Shown: piece by piece, positions 39,101 to 46,596 of the stretch | How the letters are laid out: each line of letters starts with the position of its first letter | Numbering within the stretch: the first letter of the stretch is position 1 | Origin: Oscillospiraceae bacterium | Lineage (GTDB): Bacteria > Bacillota > Clostridia > Oscillospirales > Ruminococcaceae | Assembly: GCA_018110825.1 (NCBI GenBank) | Contig: JAGBCL010000046.1 | Span: 3,064-67,063, forward strand | Direction: 5' to 3' | DNA length: 64,000 nt | The notes under the pieces: generated by a model | Databases searched by the model: none | What the model saw: the letters and a program-made list of their open reading frames with translations, nothing else | What the model was told of the DNA's origin: nothing | Position numbers and translations under genes: made by a program

Positions 39101-40436
39101 CGAGAAATTCAAACCTGATTATGATACAAAATATAAAATGAGTGTTCAGTATAGTGCAGTTGCTGGTACTTGGAAGATTGAAAATGTAAAGGGCAGAGCA
39201 AAAACTAACTATTATGCTTCTCAGACATACGGAACAAGCCGTAAGAACGCATACGAAATCCTTGAAGCAATTCTGAATAATGGAGATTTGCAGGTTAAGG
39301 ACAGAGTTAAGGACGAGTACGGCAATGATGTTCGTGACGCTAACGGTAAGTACGTTCTTGTGGTAAATGATGAGGAAACAAAGGCTGTACGCAGATGTGC
39401 AAATATCATTAAATCAGAGTTTGAGGACTGGATATTCCAGGATCCCGAACGCCGTGAAGCACTGGTGCAGAAATACAACGAGGTATATAACTCAATCAGA
39501 CACAGAGAGTATGATGGTTCACATCTTCATTTTACGGGTATGAACACCGAAATTACTCTTAAAGATCACCAAAAGAACGCAGTCGCAAGAGGTTTGTACG
39601 GCGGTAACTGTCTGCTTGCACACGCCGTTGGTGCGGGCAAGACCTTTGAAATGATTGCTATTGCAATGGAAGGCAAACGCTTGGGATTACATAATAAGTG
39701 CCTGTTCGCAGTACCAAATTCTCTTACGGAGCAGATGGGTAATGACTTCCGAAAACTTTATCCTAACGCTAAAATTCTTGTTGCAACACTGAAAGACTTT
39801 GAAAAGCCAAACAGATTACAGCTTTTCGGTAAAATCGCTGCAAATGATTGGGATGCAGTTATCGTAGGACACAGCCAGTTTGACCGTATGGGACTTTCTC
39901 CCGAACGTGAAAAGTCATATCTTATGGCAGAAGTTGAAAAACTCCGTTATGAACTTGAAATGGCTGCTGCCGAAAATGACGGCAAAAAGAGCTTTACTGT
40001 AAAGCAGATTGAAAAATCCATTGCAAACTATGAGGATAAGCTGGAGAAGCTTAATGACGCACAGGTTAAGGACGGTTTTATTGACTTTGAACAGCTTGGC
40101 TTTGACAAGGTTTTCGTGGACGAAAGCCATATGTACAAGAACCTTGCAACAGCAACAAAAATGCACAATGTTTCAGGACTTGGAACAGGCGGTTCGGCAA
40201 GAGCATTTAATCTGCTGATGAAATCTAAATACCTTGATGAGCTTACGGGCGGACGTGGTTTGACATTTGCCAGTGGCACACCTGTTAGTAACTCAATGAC
40301 AGAGCTGTACACCCTTATGCGTTATCTTCAGGCAGGTATGCTCAAGGACCTGGGTATTAACCATTTTGATGAATGGGCAGCCGATTTCGGTGAGGTAAAG
40401 ACAGATTATGATTACAATTTATTGTGCACCACATAA
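30198..40436 (+). CDS. Giant polyvalent protein (N-terminal part), disrupted: repeat modules + YodL-like domain + N6-adenine methyltransferase + SNF2 helicase N-lobe
   Basis: AGGGAGG RBS. Two N-terminal copies of the module also found in the GGDEF protein. Two EFLKKEFGEDG / DFLKNEYGTGG domains. A YodL-like segment (YEIYQIP...FNIEQPKDFEGHSLSVSDVVVI). Methylase motifs LEPAIGIGNFFG and GNVPFGD. Helicase motifs HAVGAGKTF and VFVDESHMYKN. The last 8 codons and the stop (40413-40436) come from the inserted element. Confidence 0.85.
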   Translation: MTEYINKDFYKAIPPQERHYINLSGNNINDVIDRLNSEGIVFSATISNYKNVVTVHIADRERASAIAAEFTQKKSAELKIIGNTEYKYISDKRYINMDSETALKVAAVLSGDNNSRFSGRIVGDKATITVSGDKNAVAVRRIAENIKNMDLLTELEAAGFERVNINGFDDFVHFKNKATGAIEGFDGLDMVRDMFYDTESEFFHPTAYKIDLASDAYNDVYFISAYDLTTGNVKVPYLKEDGEIVTFSSVTDAVNYGYKNEIPFTNPPEEIAEWRTIDENRENKSISEENAERISYFPMQNGLYPDHIRYNEKDNSFYWVYFNPDADNGDGAFIEKYISESDIYAAYKAREESENEAEGNTAFINYIFENCRENAIDTSTAYFEDYANDYINRPENTAEFYGIGAESIYVEEVTAFITLLEENCPSVVKDKQTNKSKDVLDLNSDNIEIEGYTGTWYVIEAEHIKGKDLFLLESEYYGDEAACLIVDGERNLVMDDVHNGFSDYLERISVPENQMIIPDEDAQEMWTYDFDVYMNGEKLPPFIEGEYERNRQIYAAMVEKENIVSAVKEDVSTYHNADSIATTVFEISESYNGTPVAGEPYYLYLDENYEDYEWQNWKKEYNSYQNTMYSLTHGLAQNVEDYLLNVVSDTLVVAQRERALANVKLVSLFKTEEQKEVTEEAPVTQPDEELSYQEQLFERVNEEYNTFISEIRQESADVLIQSAAAIVDKDRIRLYLKEFTPELTDEQYEALLSRKYPLDEIYEQWVKNGELNGLEDVGIALEETADRILISLGREQPAAPVIEEAPVNNVEYGYINWNGFDKQKYDELVSNVKNHISGTDYAFLFVDKELYNYQLELNIRELGDEWALDYDIYDNEAEEYIHCGGYYESAEFPSFEIFISDIEANVRTAFETREHESKQQEEQKQQFVFMVEQYGETAFFRNDEMTVERLKRECVSAEKPFLYCIEHGSRISGITFAEISQSDNGLAVEVNVDNQEMRVYNNDIAETYSFDEIRKENRRAEIAERLDLENNKLTFSVVSIDGEEEFVMGGFADSDRVTETDEYINFIDSHDVDNVTVRVDFYIVGNGDIESQDMSEEQAAYVQQHLDDVLEIADSLDVQSYDIEPEIDYDIEEDEPSELDKAIAYINDYVSKEFDIEASVVSDENLEHVSLGYTELGDNAEYPFQVEADLKNFAINYYISGNLMRTDKYDFLDELIERELENLEFDYFVSEGNSLLEEMLEKEAELSPVEQAKKYISEYVGKIYDKNEDFEDMKNIPIDHFVIDVLEENVFNMDVDLEAFAVTYKINGDVTLTEQYNSVEEMNEELLSQLNYTTNRATAGRLLKEYKHKQYEEQSKNVEAAVKADIKPDTFIEPEKMPLYTKDYNAAKAANEMDVYIANLKENRACREAIDKAINEHYSDNRLNSSAALESVMQNYTFERIAHVVAARVYHNEWDIRITKDNVEWGKELFAELSSDARQMANQYQLTSHPGLIDLFANTVRKEIDRVREQEQSIPENTVTAESETVKDNYADAPVRKGFTSNTAPTMNMIDHILRCGSNEPYSLERIVRQFQKNKSVEENAEFLKKEFGEDGRGYIINEYSEFNVSAWFNEKGITVAVGETAYPSGSKAHISWEEAANRIKVMLEKGNYCSQEIIDNARNNDIKDIANKLGYLRQDSNIRPFFIPDYFFDGGYYEATDKIAEALHEIAPLDEIAEGLSSFIEMYEKNPEVMRFHYHKPAELLERINDLRAEYNRGKVKFEYPEFKTNVDFAFEPKHFITEDEKDWLLLSGSGVVGGKFRIQGFFNQDHNAKEKADFLKNEYGTGGVGRSWYSSNHDSKGIDLTKGREANKCKAEMKWGEVVKRIDRLVEADVYISPKDIENRIRDAKRDISRGNYADSYDKHVMDNAMKILDEYGIEYEMPQAVIEAKKNTYEIYQIPRGEQYHDLRFLRYAQLEKAGQKPDPKNYEKVYSGNLDDIPYANKLEGIFTVFNIEQPKDFEGHSLSVSDVVVIDDENGKHAYYCDSVGYKDITDMFLNRSTQTIEQPAEEETEKVNAEPAVTIGVIEKYGLEIDFNSIVGVDIESEELTYIGGIDSDGHERKDNYGVNYVTTSYDYADVLYKTIYINGELERYADVTLSDVLASVEEALDERNKVYINHKDGTRELIYTKKLLEAKEKAEQEQQNETAPQRKSGDEVEVGDKFLYKDREYTVTSMLGVYPNDVGVSYFEQSSFRTYQVTSNIDRYELANNGVYLGNPEKEERLAQQTEIYEPRINDVIEYEEQLFNVIDVSNGRVTLQEADSFFGRTITVPETDLITSDSLVVVQGNVKNVEKQNVPEVPTGTNYVITDDNFGVPGGAKARYADNVEAIKTLKQIEAENRTATAEEQQILSKYTGWGAIPQAFDMSNEKWKEEYAELKELLSPEEYSAARHSTMNAHFTSPVITSAIYEGLKNLGFESGKILEPAIGIGNFFGTLPEEMRNSKIYGVELDSLTGRIAQQLYQTADIQIKGFEQTTFADNSFDIAVGNVPFGDYKVNDRKYNDMHLLIHDYFAVKMLDKVRPGGIVAFVTSKGTLDKENPEIRKYLAQRAELLGAIRLPNNAFKANAGTEVTSDIIFLQKRDRPIEINPDEVEWLNKSETADGFSVNNYFVQHPEMVLGKIAEAKHIYGPTENTQVLPVEGADLKQQLAEAVKNIKGNYVVGELEENKDIDEIPAPANSRKYSFYAVDGNLYYREAEDTMRKVEVPKDTLNRAVGLIELRDNVRELLDLQLENSDGTLDGDIAESRKKLNERYDSFVAKYGNVSDRKNAKAMQGDDGYNIVSALEIKDEKGQVTGKSEIFTQNTVKPKLLATHVETAQEALILSVAEKAKVDFEYMTELCGMSKETLVSELKGQIYRLPQEKEKYVTADEYLTGNIRKKLHELENAPEDMDISENRTALENAMPPRVEAKDISVKLGAHWVDPKYIADFIIEKFKPDYDTKYKMSVQYSAVAGTWKIENVKGRAKTNYYASQTYGTSRKNAYEILEAILNNGDLQVKDRVKDEYGNDVRDANGKYVLVVNDEETKAVRRCANIIKSEFEDWIFQDPERREALVQKYNEVYNSIRHREYDGSHLHFTGMNTEITLKDHQKNAVARGLYGGNCLLAHAVGAGKTFEMIAIAMEGKRLGLHNKCLFAVPNSLTEQMGNDFRKLYPNAKILVATLKDFEKPNRLQLFGKIAANDWDAVIVGHSQFDRMGLSPEREKSYLMAEVEKLRYELEMAAAENDGKKSFTVKQIEKSIANYEDKLEKLNDAQVKDGFIDFEQLGFDKVFVDESHMYKNLATATKMHNVSGLGTGGSARAFNLLMKSKYLDELTGGRGLTFASGTPVSNSMTELYTLMRYLQAGMLKDLGINHFDEWAADFGEVKTDYDYNLLCTT

Positions 40437-40570
40437 ATTACAGCAGATTATGACGAACCATTCAAAATTTCGTACTGTGAAATGTTATCGGTATATTGTC
40501 AGGAGGATGCTTTACTCTTCATATGATGAATATGCTTTGATAATATTCGGATGAGGACAAATAATTATAA

Positions 40571-40606
40571 GAGCGAGTTGTCAGTTCATAAAATGGCAGC
40601 TCGCTC
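40571..40606. terminator. Bidirectional stem-loop terminator
   Basis: GAGCGAGTTGTC pairs with GGCAGCTCGCTC (12 bp, two G-U pairs). It is followed by TTTTT on the + strand and preceded by an A/T run, and it lies just downstream of the minus-strand helicase gene. Confidence 0.7.
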
Positions 40607-40615
40607 TTTTTATAA

Positions 40616-43459
40616 TCATCCTATCTCATTTTTTAACAATGCTATGTCCTGACGGTTATCAATGGGTTTGATTCTTCCAAGTATCTTCTGTTCAACGGAT
40701 TTCGACCAATATATTTTTAATCTTTTCTTAGCACGAGTAATTGCTGTATAAAAAATACTGTGAGTGATCATTTCATCTATCTCATCAGTTATAACAATTT
40801 TAACAGAATCATATTCCAATCCTTGTGCTTTATGAATTGAAACAGCATAAGCAATCTGAAAAGGAATGGTTGTTTTGGAAGTTTCATCGTCATCTTCATC
40901 AGTACTTTGGTTTTTGTATACTTCAAATCGAATAATAGAATTTCCTTCACTATTTGTTCCAATGATTATAAAGTTACGCTTCTCCATATTTAATTCAATG
41001 AGGGGTTTATCAAGTTCTATATCAAATTGGATTGATTCATTTGCTTGTCCATCATTTAAAACTCTGAAATCTACTATCTTGGCTTTCATATTATTATGGA
41101 TAATCGGAACTTCATCTGAATTATTGCTGAAGAATAAATCTGCTGAATCATTAAACAATATAGGGTCACCAACTTTATACCTTTGTATACCACGGTATAT
41201 TTCTTTGCCACTATTGTTTTCTTGCATGAAATGATTAATGTTATTTATTCCATATAAACCGCCATAATTCAGACAGAGAATAATTTCGTTATCGGCAGCA
41301 GGCGTAAAAATTGAAGTATCCAGATTTGCTGAGAATTCACCTGCTTGTAATCTATCAAGAACATCACTATCATTTAAATCCCCTTTCATTTTTCTGACGT
41401 TCTCCCATAGGCCTAACAGTTGTTTACTTTCCGTTCTAAATGGCACAGTCAACTCACATACAGATGTTTCGGGAATAAAGAATCGTACAGCGTTAAACCA
41501 ATTACCAAATTCAATAGCCTCTATTTGATATATATCGCCTACCAATACCAAAAGTTTGTATTTTGCAAGACGCAATAATTCTCTCATGTCCTGATTATTA
41601 ACTGTACTACACTCATCAATTATAAGAATGTCATAATCTCTTTTTATATCTTTAGCATATGGATTATTGAATTTGGTGATAGTCATAAAATCGCATTTTG
41701 ATGATGCAGATATTTTTCTTTTAAGATTATTTACTGCTGGATTCGTATGAGCTAAATATAACCGTGAGTAATCCTTAAAAAACGTTGATATATAATTAAT
41801 CAAAGTTGTCTTTCCAGTTCCTGCTGCACCGTAGATTAGTGCAACCTTGGAGTTATCAAACATTTTTATCAAAGCAATTTTTTTCTCGTCAGAAACATCC
41901 GTATGATCTTGAGTCTCTACCCAGTGCTTCACTGTGTTTGAATAATTTTCTATTCCACTAACAGTCAAATTCTTTATAATTTCAATTATAGAGACAGTGT
42001 CATCTTTATAGCTTTCTATAAAGATATAATCATTTTTGATTATCAGCTTGCGTGCCTGCTGTGTTTCGTTGCCATATAGTTTGCTATTATAGATTCTTAC
42101 AAGCTCTTCGATATCATCAAAGTATTTATATTTATGGACGACACTATCTTCATTTCTCTCCAAAGGTGTAAACAAGATTCCTTTTTGTTCAGTATTATTT
42201 CTGATAATCCAAGCTAAAACCTCATGTTCACGTCTGGATACGTCGAAACAATCAAATATATCAGAAATGCTTGGCACATGTTTTTTTAGAGAAGAACAAA
42301 ACGGCATTTCATCAAAAGGAATGCATTTATAATCTAAATAAAGATCAGAGAGCTTAAAATTGCCACCTATATATTCTTTACAATTTCTTTGATAATCCCA
42401 TTTCCAATGTTCCTTGTATTGTGCCTTAATTATTCTATTTGTCATGTGGAATAATAAATATCTAAGTACATTAGCACCAGGACGTTCATTCTTTACAAGA
42501 TCTCTACAAAAATTAAGAATATCAAAGAAAAAATTTGATTTTGAATTTGGGACAATCTGACTGCGCAAACTAATAAAGTCATCATCTGATATATCAAGTA
42601 TTTCAGATAAGTTCCCACCTGTTTTGGTCAAGTATTGAGATAAGTTTTGCTGTTCAGTTCTTGAAAGTTTTGGCGCATTCTTGTATATAATCTTTGCAAA
42701 ATTATCATATTCACATGGACGAATGTTTACTTCCCAATTAACAATAACTCTTATAGGCATTGTCTTGTCAAAGATTTCGATAAAATTATTAGCTATGGCA
42801 AGTTTAACAGCATAATAATCTGATAATTCAATATCGGTGAATGCAATTATTCGATCTGTTTTGCTTGCTTTATCATTTGCTGGTATGAATGCAACCTCAT
42901 AGTACACTTTGTTATTTACAAAAAATGGTTTGATTGATTGAATATAAAATCGGTCTAACCTAAAGCCATCTTTTATTGGAGCACAGTAAGAATCTACTTT
43001 GCTTGCAATCTTTTCGTAGTATTCTTTATAATTATCGTCTACTTCAATTGGAAATTTTTCGAGATTGTGAAGAACCTCCATTGAATAATTATCATGAAGG
43101 TAATTCTTTATTCTTAAAAGATACTCATAGTATTTGAGCATTAAGCGAGTTGAATTTTCTTCTGCTAAAGTTCGATGAGATATTGATACCTGTAAGTAAC
43201 TATGAAATCGTGCTATATGTTTTAATTTCATCTGACTTTTAACGTACTTCACTGCTTTTTTAACATTTTCATGAGAATCTTCAATGTCATTTCCGTCAGC
43301 ATAAATTTTTAAAATAATATGTTCAACAAAATGACGAAGCTGAGAAAGAATATCCTGAGATATTTCTCCTACAGAAGTTTTTTCTACACTATCAATATGA
43401 CGACAGATGACTTTATCGCTATTCATGATCTGCTCGTCAATACGTGAAGGTATATTCAT
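40616..43459 (-). CDS. SF1B (RecD/AAA_30 + UvrD_C-like) helicase with a ~530-aa uncharacterised N-terminal region
   Basis: Walker A YGAAGTGKTT, Walker B ILIIDECS, motif III VLVGDIYQ, and C-terminal AVSIHKAQGLEYDSV and YTAITRAKKRL. An AAGGAGAA RBS is present. Confidence 0.8.
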   Translation of the reverse strand: MNIPSRIDEQIMNSDKVICRHIDSVEKTSVGEISQDILSQLRHFVEHIILKIYADGNDIEDSHENVKKAVKYVKSQMKLKHIARFHSYLQVSISHRTLAEENSTRLMLKYYEYLLRIKNYLHDNYSMEVLHNLEKFPIEVDDNYKEYYEKIASKVDSYCAPIKDGFRLDRFYIQSIKPFFVNNKVYYEVAFIPANDKASKTDRIIAFTDIELSDYYAVKLAIANNFIEIFDKTMPIRVIVNWEVNIRPCEYDNFAKIIYKNAPKLSRTEQQNLSQYLTKTGGNLSEILDISDDDFISLRSQIVPNSKSNFFFDILNFCRDLVKNERPGANVLRYLLFHMTNRIIKAQYKEHWKWDYQRNCKEYIGGNFKLSDLYLDYKCIPFDEMPFCSSLKKHVPSISDIFDCFDVSRREHEVLAWIIRNNTEQKGILFTPLERNEDSVVHKYKYFDDIEELVRIYNSKLYGNETQQARKLIIKNDYIFIESYKDDTVSIIEIIKNLTVSGIENYSNTVKHWVETQDHTDVSDEKKIALIKMFDNSKVALIYGAAGTGKTTLINYISTFFKDYSRLYLAHTNPAVNNLKRKISASSKCDFMTITKFNNPYAKDIKRDYDILIIDECSTVNNQDMRELLRLAKYKLLVLVGDIYQIEAIEFGNWFNAVRFFIPETSVCELTVPFRTESKQLLGLWENVRKMKGDLNDSDVLDRLQAGEFSANLDTSIFTPAADNEIILCLNYGGLYGINNINHFMQENNSGKEIYRGIQRYKVGDPILFNDSADLFFSNNSDEVPIIHNNMKAKIVDFRVLNDGQANESIQFDIELDKPLIELNMEKRNFIIIGTNSEGNSIIRFEVYKNQSTDEDDDETSKTTIPFQIAYAVSIHKAQGLEYDSVKIVITDEIDEMITHSIFYTAITRAKKRLKIYWSKSVEQKILGRIKPIDNRQDIALLKNEIG

Positions 43460-43663
43460 ATTTATCTATTCTCCTTTCAAGATTTAGAATCTGTTTTTTA
43501 AAGAGCTACAAGTATTTTTTTACATACAGCTCTTAATTATAATGAATCTTTGCTTAGCAATTCATACGGTTGCTCGTAATGACATCCTGTACTTTTGATA
43601 GAACTCGGAATTAGGTTCCTAAAAGGAGCGAACCTGAGGATTTATTCTATCTACTATATGTTA

Positions 43664-44968
43664 TTATAAAGGTAATTCAACATCAGCTATTACCCAACCA
43701 TTATCTTCATATAAATCAAAAATTCCATTAACTTTTTCAATCTCACTCAAAACATTTTTAAGCCCGATACCATGATATTTTTCATCTGATTTTGATGTTT
43801 TTGGTAAATTATCAGAAGGCAATACTTTTATAGCGACCTTATTTTGGATAGTTAATCGGATATTTTTTTCATCACTGATAATCGACAAGCGAATTTCTTT
43901 TGTGTCCTCTTTCAGTTCTGCTTCAATCGCATTATCAATAAGATTTCCGAATATTATGCATAAAAGAAAATCATCAATTTCCGGCAAATCAGTCTGCAGA
44001 TAACACTTTAGATCAATACCTTCCTTCTTACAAACTGTTTTCTTTACATTCAACATTGCATCAAGTGCAGGATTGCTTGTTTGTGTTATATCAATAACAT
44101 TATCAATGCTTTTCTGCATTTTTTCAATGTATTGTTGTATCGATAAATAATCGTTGTTATCAGCATATTGTTTTATTATCAAAAGATGATTATTCATATC
44201 ATGGCGCAGAGATCGTATAGAATCATTCCATTCAAGCATTTCTTTCAGCTTTTTCTCATCATCACGAAGACGTGTTTCCAACATTATACGATTTTGTTCT
44301 GAAATATTCTTTTTTGAAATTTCTGCTGCAATATAAATAAACAAAACTATTATTGCGGATAAACAAAAAATTATTATAGTAGCATATGTTCTTGTCACCG
44401 CATCATCAAGAAGCATTTTTTCTATAATTACTCCTATAATTATCGCAAGAAGGAACACTGTGATTGCACTGATACTTTGCCCGATATGTAGTGAATAATT
44501 ATTTTTAGTTATTATTTTGCTCATAGTCATAAGCAGTGCAGCCAAAGCAAACTTTGATAGAAATAGTAAAAAAATTCTGGCTGGATTGCGCATAAGCAGA
44601 ACTTCCGAGTAGCTGTTATCCAAAACCGTACTTGAACATGAAAGAATAATTATATTAATCAAAAAAACTGTAATTATTGACACAAGGGATAATATTGCTT
44701 GTGTCCACCATTTACCTTTCAGCATAGCTCTGGAAAAGATGAATAGAAGCAGAGTATATGATACTGAAAATATATGTTCATGGCTAAAAAGAACATTAAT
44801 TTTATCCCAAAACAAAGCATTGGTAATTATAAGAATAATAAAACCAATAGTTCCGATAATTCTTTCTATTTTTGACATTGATTTATATTGCAAAGAAGCA
44901 ATAAGAAATACACATAAAATGATACTTTCTATTCCGGTAGCAATATATTCACTGACTGTATATATCAA
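43664..44968 (-). CDS. AgrC-like (HPK10, GHKL) sensor histidine kinase
   Basis: Six to seven N-terminal TM helices, H-box SLRHDMNNHL, N-box GNLIDNAIEA and G-box HGIGLKNV. A 4-nt overlap couples it to the response-regulator gene. Confidence 0.85.
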   Translation of the reverse strand: MIYTVSEYIATGIESIILCVFLIASLQYKSMSKIERIIGTIGFIILIITNALFWDKINVLFSHEHIFSVSYTLLLFIFSRAMLKGKWWTQAILSLVSIITVFLINIIILSCSSTVLDNSYSEVLLMRNPARIFLLFLSKFALAALLMTMSKIITKNNYSLHIGQSISAITVFLLAIIIGVIIEKMLLDDAVTRTYATIIIFCLSAIIVLFIYIAAEISKKNISEQNRIMLETRLRDDEKKLKEMLEWNDSIRSLRHDMNNHLLIIKQYADNNDYLSIQQYIEKMQKSIDNVIDITQTSNPALDAMLNVKKTVCKKEGIDLKCYLQTDLPEIDDFLLCIIFGNLIDNAIEAELKEDTKEIRLSIISDEKNIRLTIQNKVAIKVLPSDNLPKTSKSDEKYHGIGLKNVLSEIEKVNGIFDLYEDNGWVIADVELPL

Positions 44969-45678
44969 ATCAATAACCTCCTTCTTGCTTTAGCATATGC
45001 TTCTCGTACCGATTGCATTTTTCTTCTGCTGACGTAAAGCACTGTTTCATTCGGAAGTATAATTTTGTCATTATCTATTTTAATAATAGTTGTATTGACT
45101 ATTGTACCTGAATTTATATAAATGAAATCTTTGAATTGAGACTGATCCATAAAGAATGAAAGAGTGTTTCGTGTAGTAATAATACTTCCGTCTTTCATAT
45201 GTATAAGAATGTTATGGTTATTGCTCTCCAAATATTGTATGTCATGAACAAGTACCAAATATTCTTTTCCACCGTTTTTTCGCAGTTCAGTTACTAATAC
45301 TGTTGCTGTCTCCTTCTCTATTTCTTTTTTTAAGGTTTCATATGCAAATTTCAACTCATTTTCGAGATTTCTTTTACGAACAAATCCTACAGCGTGGTAA
45401 CGAAAAGCATGAAATACAAGATCATCCTTTCCTGTAACAAAAACTATACGTACATTGCTGTTGCAATCATATAATAAATTACTAAGCTCAAATCCATTCA
45501 TTGCAGGCATATCTATATCAAGAAAACATGCATCATACTTTTGATCAGAAAAGTTTGATAATAACACAGAAGGGTCGCTGAAAGCTTCAATAACGGCACT
45601 GTTATCTGAAATTTCTTCTAAAGTACTAACAACTTTTTTGAGTACCGGTAATTCGTCATCCAAAACAGCGAAAATCAT
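44965..45678 (-). CDS. LytTR-family response regulator (AgrA-like)
   Basis: Receiver domain (FLDIDMP, VFVTG) plus a C-terminal LytTR region (IQYLESNNHNILIHMKDG...). Confidence 0.85.
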   Translation of the reverse strand: MIFAVLDDELPVLKKVVSTLEEISDNSAVIEAFSDPSVLLSNFSDQKYDACFLDIDMPAMNGFELSNLLYDCNSNVRIVFVTGKDDLVFHAFRYHAVGFVRKRNLENELKFAYETLKKEIEKETATVLVTELRKNGGKEYLVLVHDIQYLESNNHNILIHMKDGSIITTRNTLSFFMDQSQFKDFIYINSGTIVNTTIIKIDNDKIILPNETVLYVSRRKMQSVREAYAKARRRLLI

Positions 45679-45761
45679 TTAATCACCCCATTTGTACTAA
45701 TTACATTATAACAGAATTATATTAATAAAACAATAGCACTTACAAAGTATTATAAACATTT

Positions 45762-45831
45762 TTACCAATTACGACATATAATTACCAGTTACGACACAAA
45801 TATTGATTTAACTGATTTTGAATGCTATAAT
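45762..45831 (+). promoter_or_regulatory. LytTR-type direct repeats plus a sigma-A-like promoter upstream of agrB
   Basis: TTACCAATTACGACA (45762-45776) and TTACCAGTTACGACA (45782-45796) have a 20-nt start-to-start spacing. They are followed by TTGATT (45803-45808), 17 nt, TATAAT (45826-45831). Confidence 0.65.
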
Positions 45832-45857
45832 TTCAAAAAACAAAAGGTGAAAAGATT

Positions 45858-46457
45858 ATGATTGCTGAGTTATCATCGCAAATTGTTGCAACCCTTTTAA
45901 ACAATAAAATTATAACATATAAACAGAAGGATGTATACCAGTACGGGTTTGAGATATTGATTTCATCCGTTATAACCTTTCTTATTGTATTGGTTTGTGG
46001 ATGTATTTTTAATTGTATTATTCCTTCTTTTATATTTTTTGTATTATTTGTAATTCTCCGCTCTATATGCGGAGGATATCATGCGTCAAATTATTTAAGC
46101 TGTAATTTAATTTTTGGATTTGTTACTATAGGTGTACTAATGTCGTACAAATATATAAATATTGAAGTGTTCTCTGATTTACATTATTTTATATGTATGC
46201 TTTCATTTATTTGTGCAATAATTTATTCTCCTATTGAAAACGAAAATAAACATTTAACAACAGCTCAAAAGAAGAAATTTCGTATTCTTGGAACGGTTTT
46301 GGTATTGATGTTTTCATTAGTATCTACTGTTATTAAGATAAAACTACAATCATCGTATACCATATTAATGGATATGACTCTTTTGGTTGTGTCAATTTTT
46401 ATGGTTGTTGTGAAACTAAAGAAGGGAGGGAACAAAACAGAGATGTCAGGTTTGTGA
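45858..46457 (+). CDS. agrB: AgrB-family membrane peptidase
   Basis: Polytopic membrane protein carrying the LRSICGGYHASNYLSC motif, which contains the catalytic His/Cys context of AgrB. Confidence 0.8.
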   Translation: MIAELSSQIVATLLNNKIITYKQKDVYQYGFEILISSVITFLIVLVCGCIFNCIIPSFIFFVLFVILRSICGGYHASNYLSCNLIFGFVTIGVLMSYKYINIEVFSDLHYFICMLSFICAIIYSPIENENKHLTTAQKKKFRILGTVLVLMFSLVSTVIKIKLQSSYTILMDMTLLVVSIFMVVVKLKKGGNKTEMSGL

Positions 46458-46546
46458 CGATGTTATAGATTCTTCCACGTTTAATGTTGAGGATCACAGT
46501 GCTTGGAACTAGAACTAATCATCAAATTTAATATAATTTAAATTCA

Positions 46547-46576
46547 GCAGTAACAGGAAAGATTTTCTGTTACTGC
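46547..46576 (+). terminator. Perfect 10-bp stem-loop after agrB (weak T-tract)
   Basis: GCAGTAACAG, 10-nt loop, CTGTTACTGC. The sequence that follows is CGAATATTAT, so this is not a canonical T-run. Confidence 0.4.
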
Positions 46577-46596
46577 CGAATATTATAGGTGAAGTT

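Noticed and set aside
40402-40453. Direct repeat CAGATTATGA at 40402-40411 and 40444-40453, considered as an alternative left boundary of the insertion.
   Set aside because: The 42 nt between the copies contain the in-frame TAA stop. They do not continue the helicase sequence. Only the TATGAT at 40407-40412 gives an in-frame fusion with 58322 onward. The second copy is treated as an internal subterminal site.
46441-46512. Candidate AgrD-like peptide after agrB: ATG-TCA-GGT-TTG-TGA (MSGL), and the adjacent frame encoding RCQVCDDVIDSSTFNVEDHSAWN.
   Set aside because: The first is only 4 codons long. The second has no ATG, GTG or TTG after its upstream stop. A +1 shift from MSGL would skip both Cys residues. 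There is no amphipathic leader, so I do not call an agrD.
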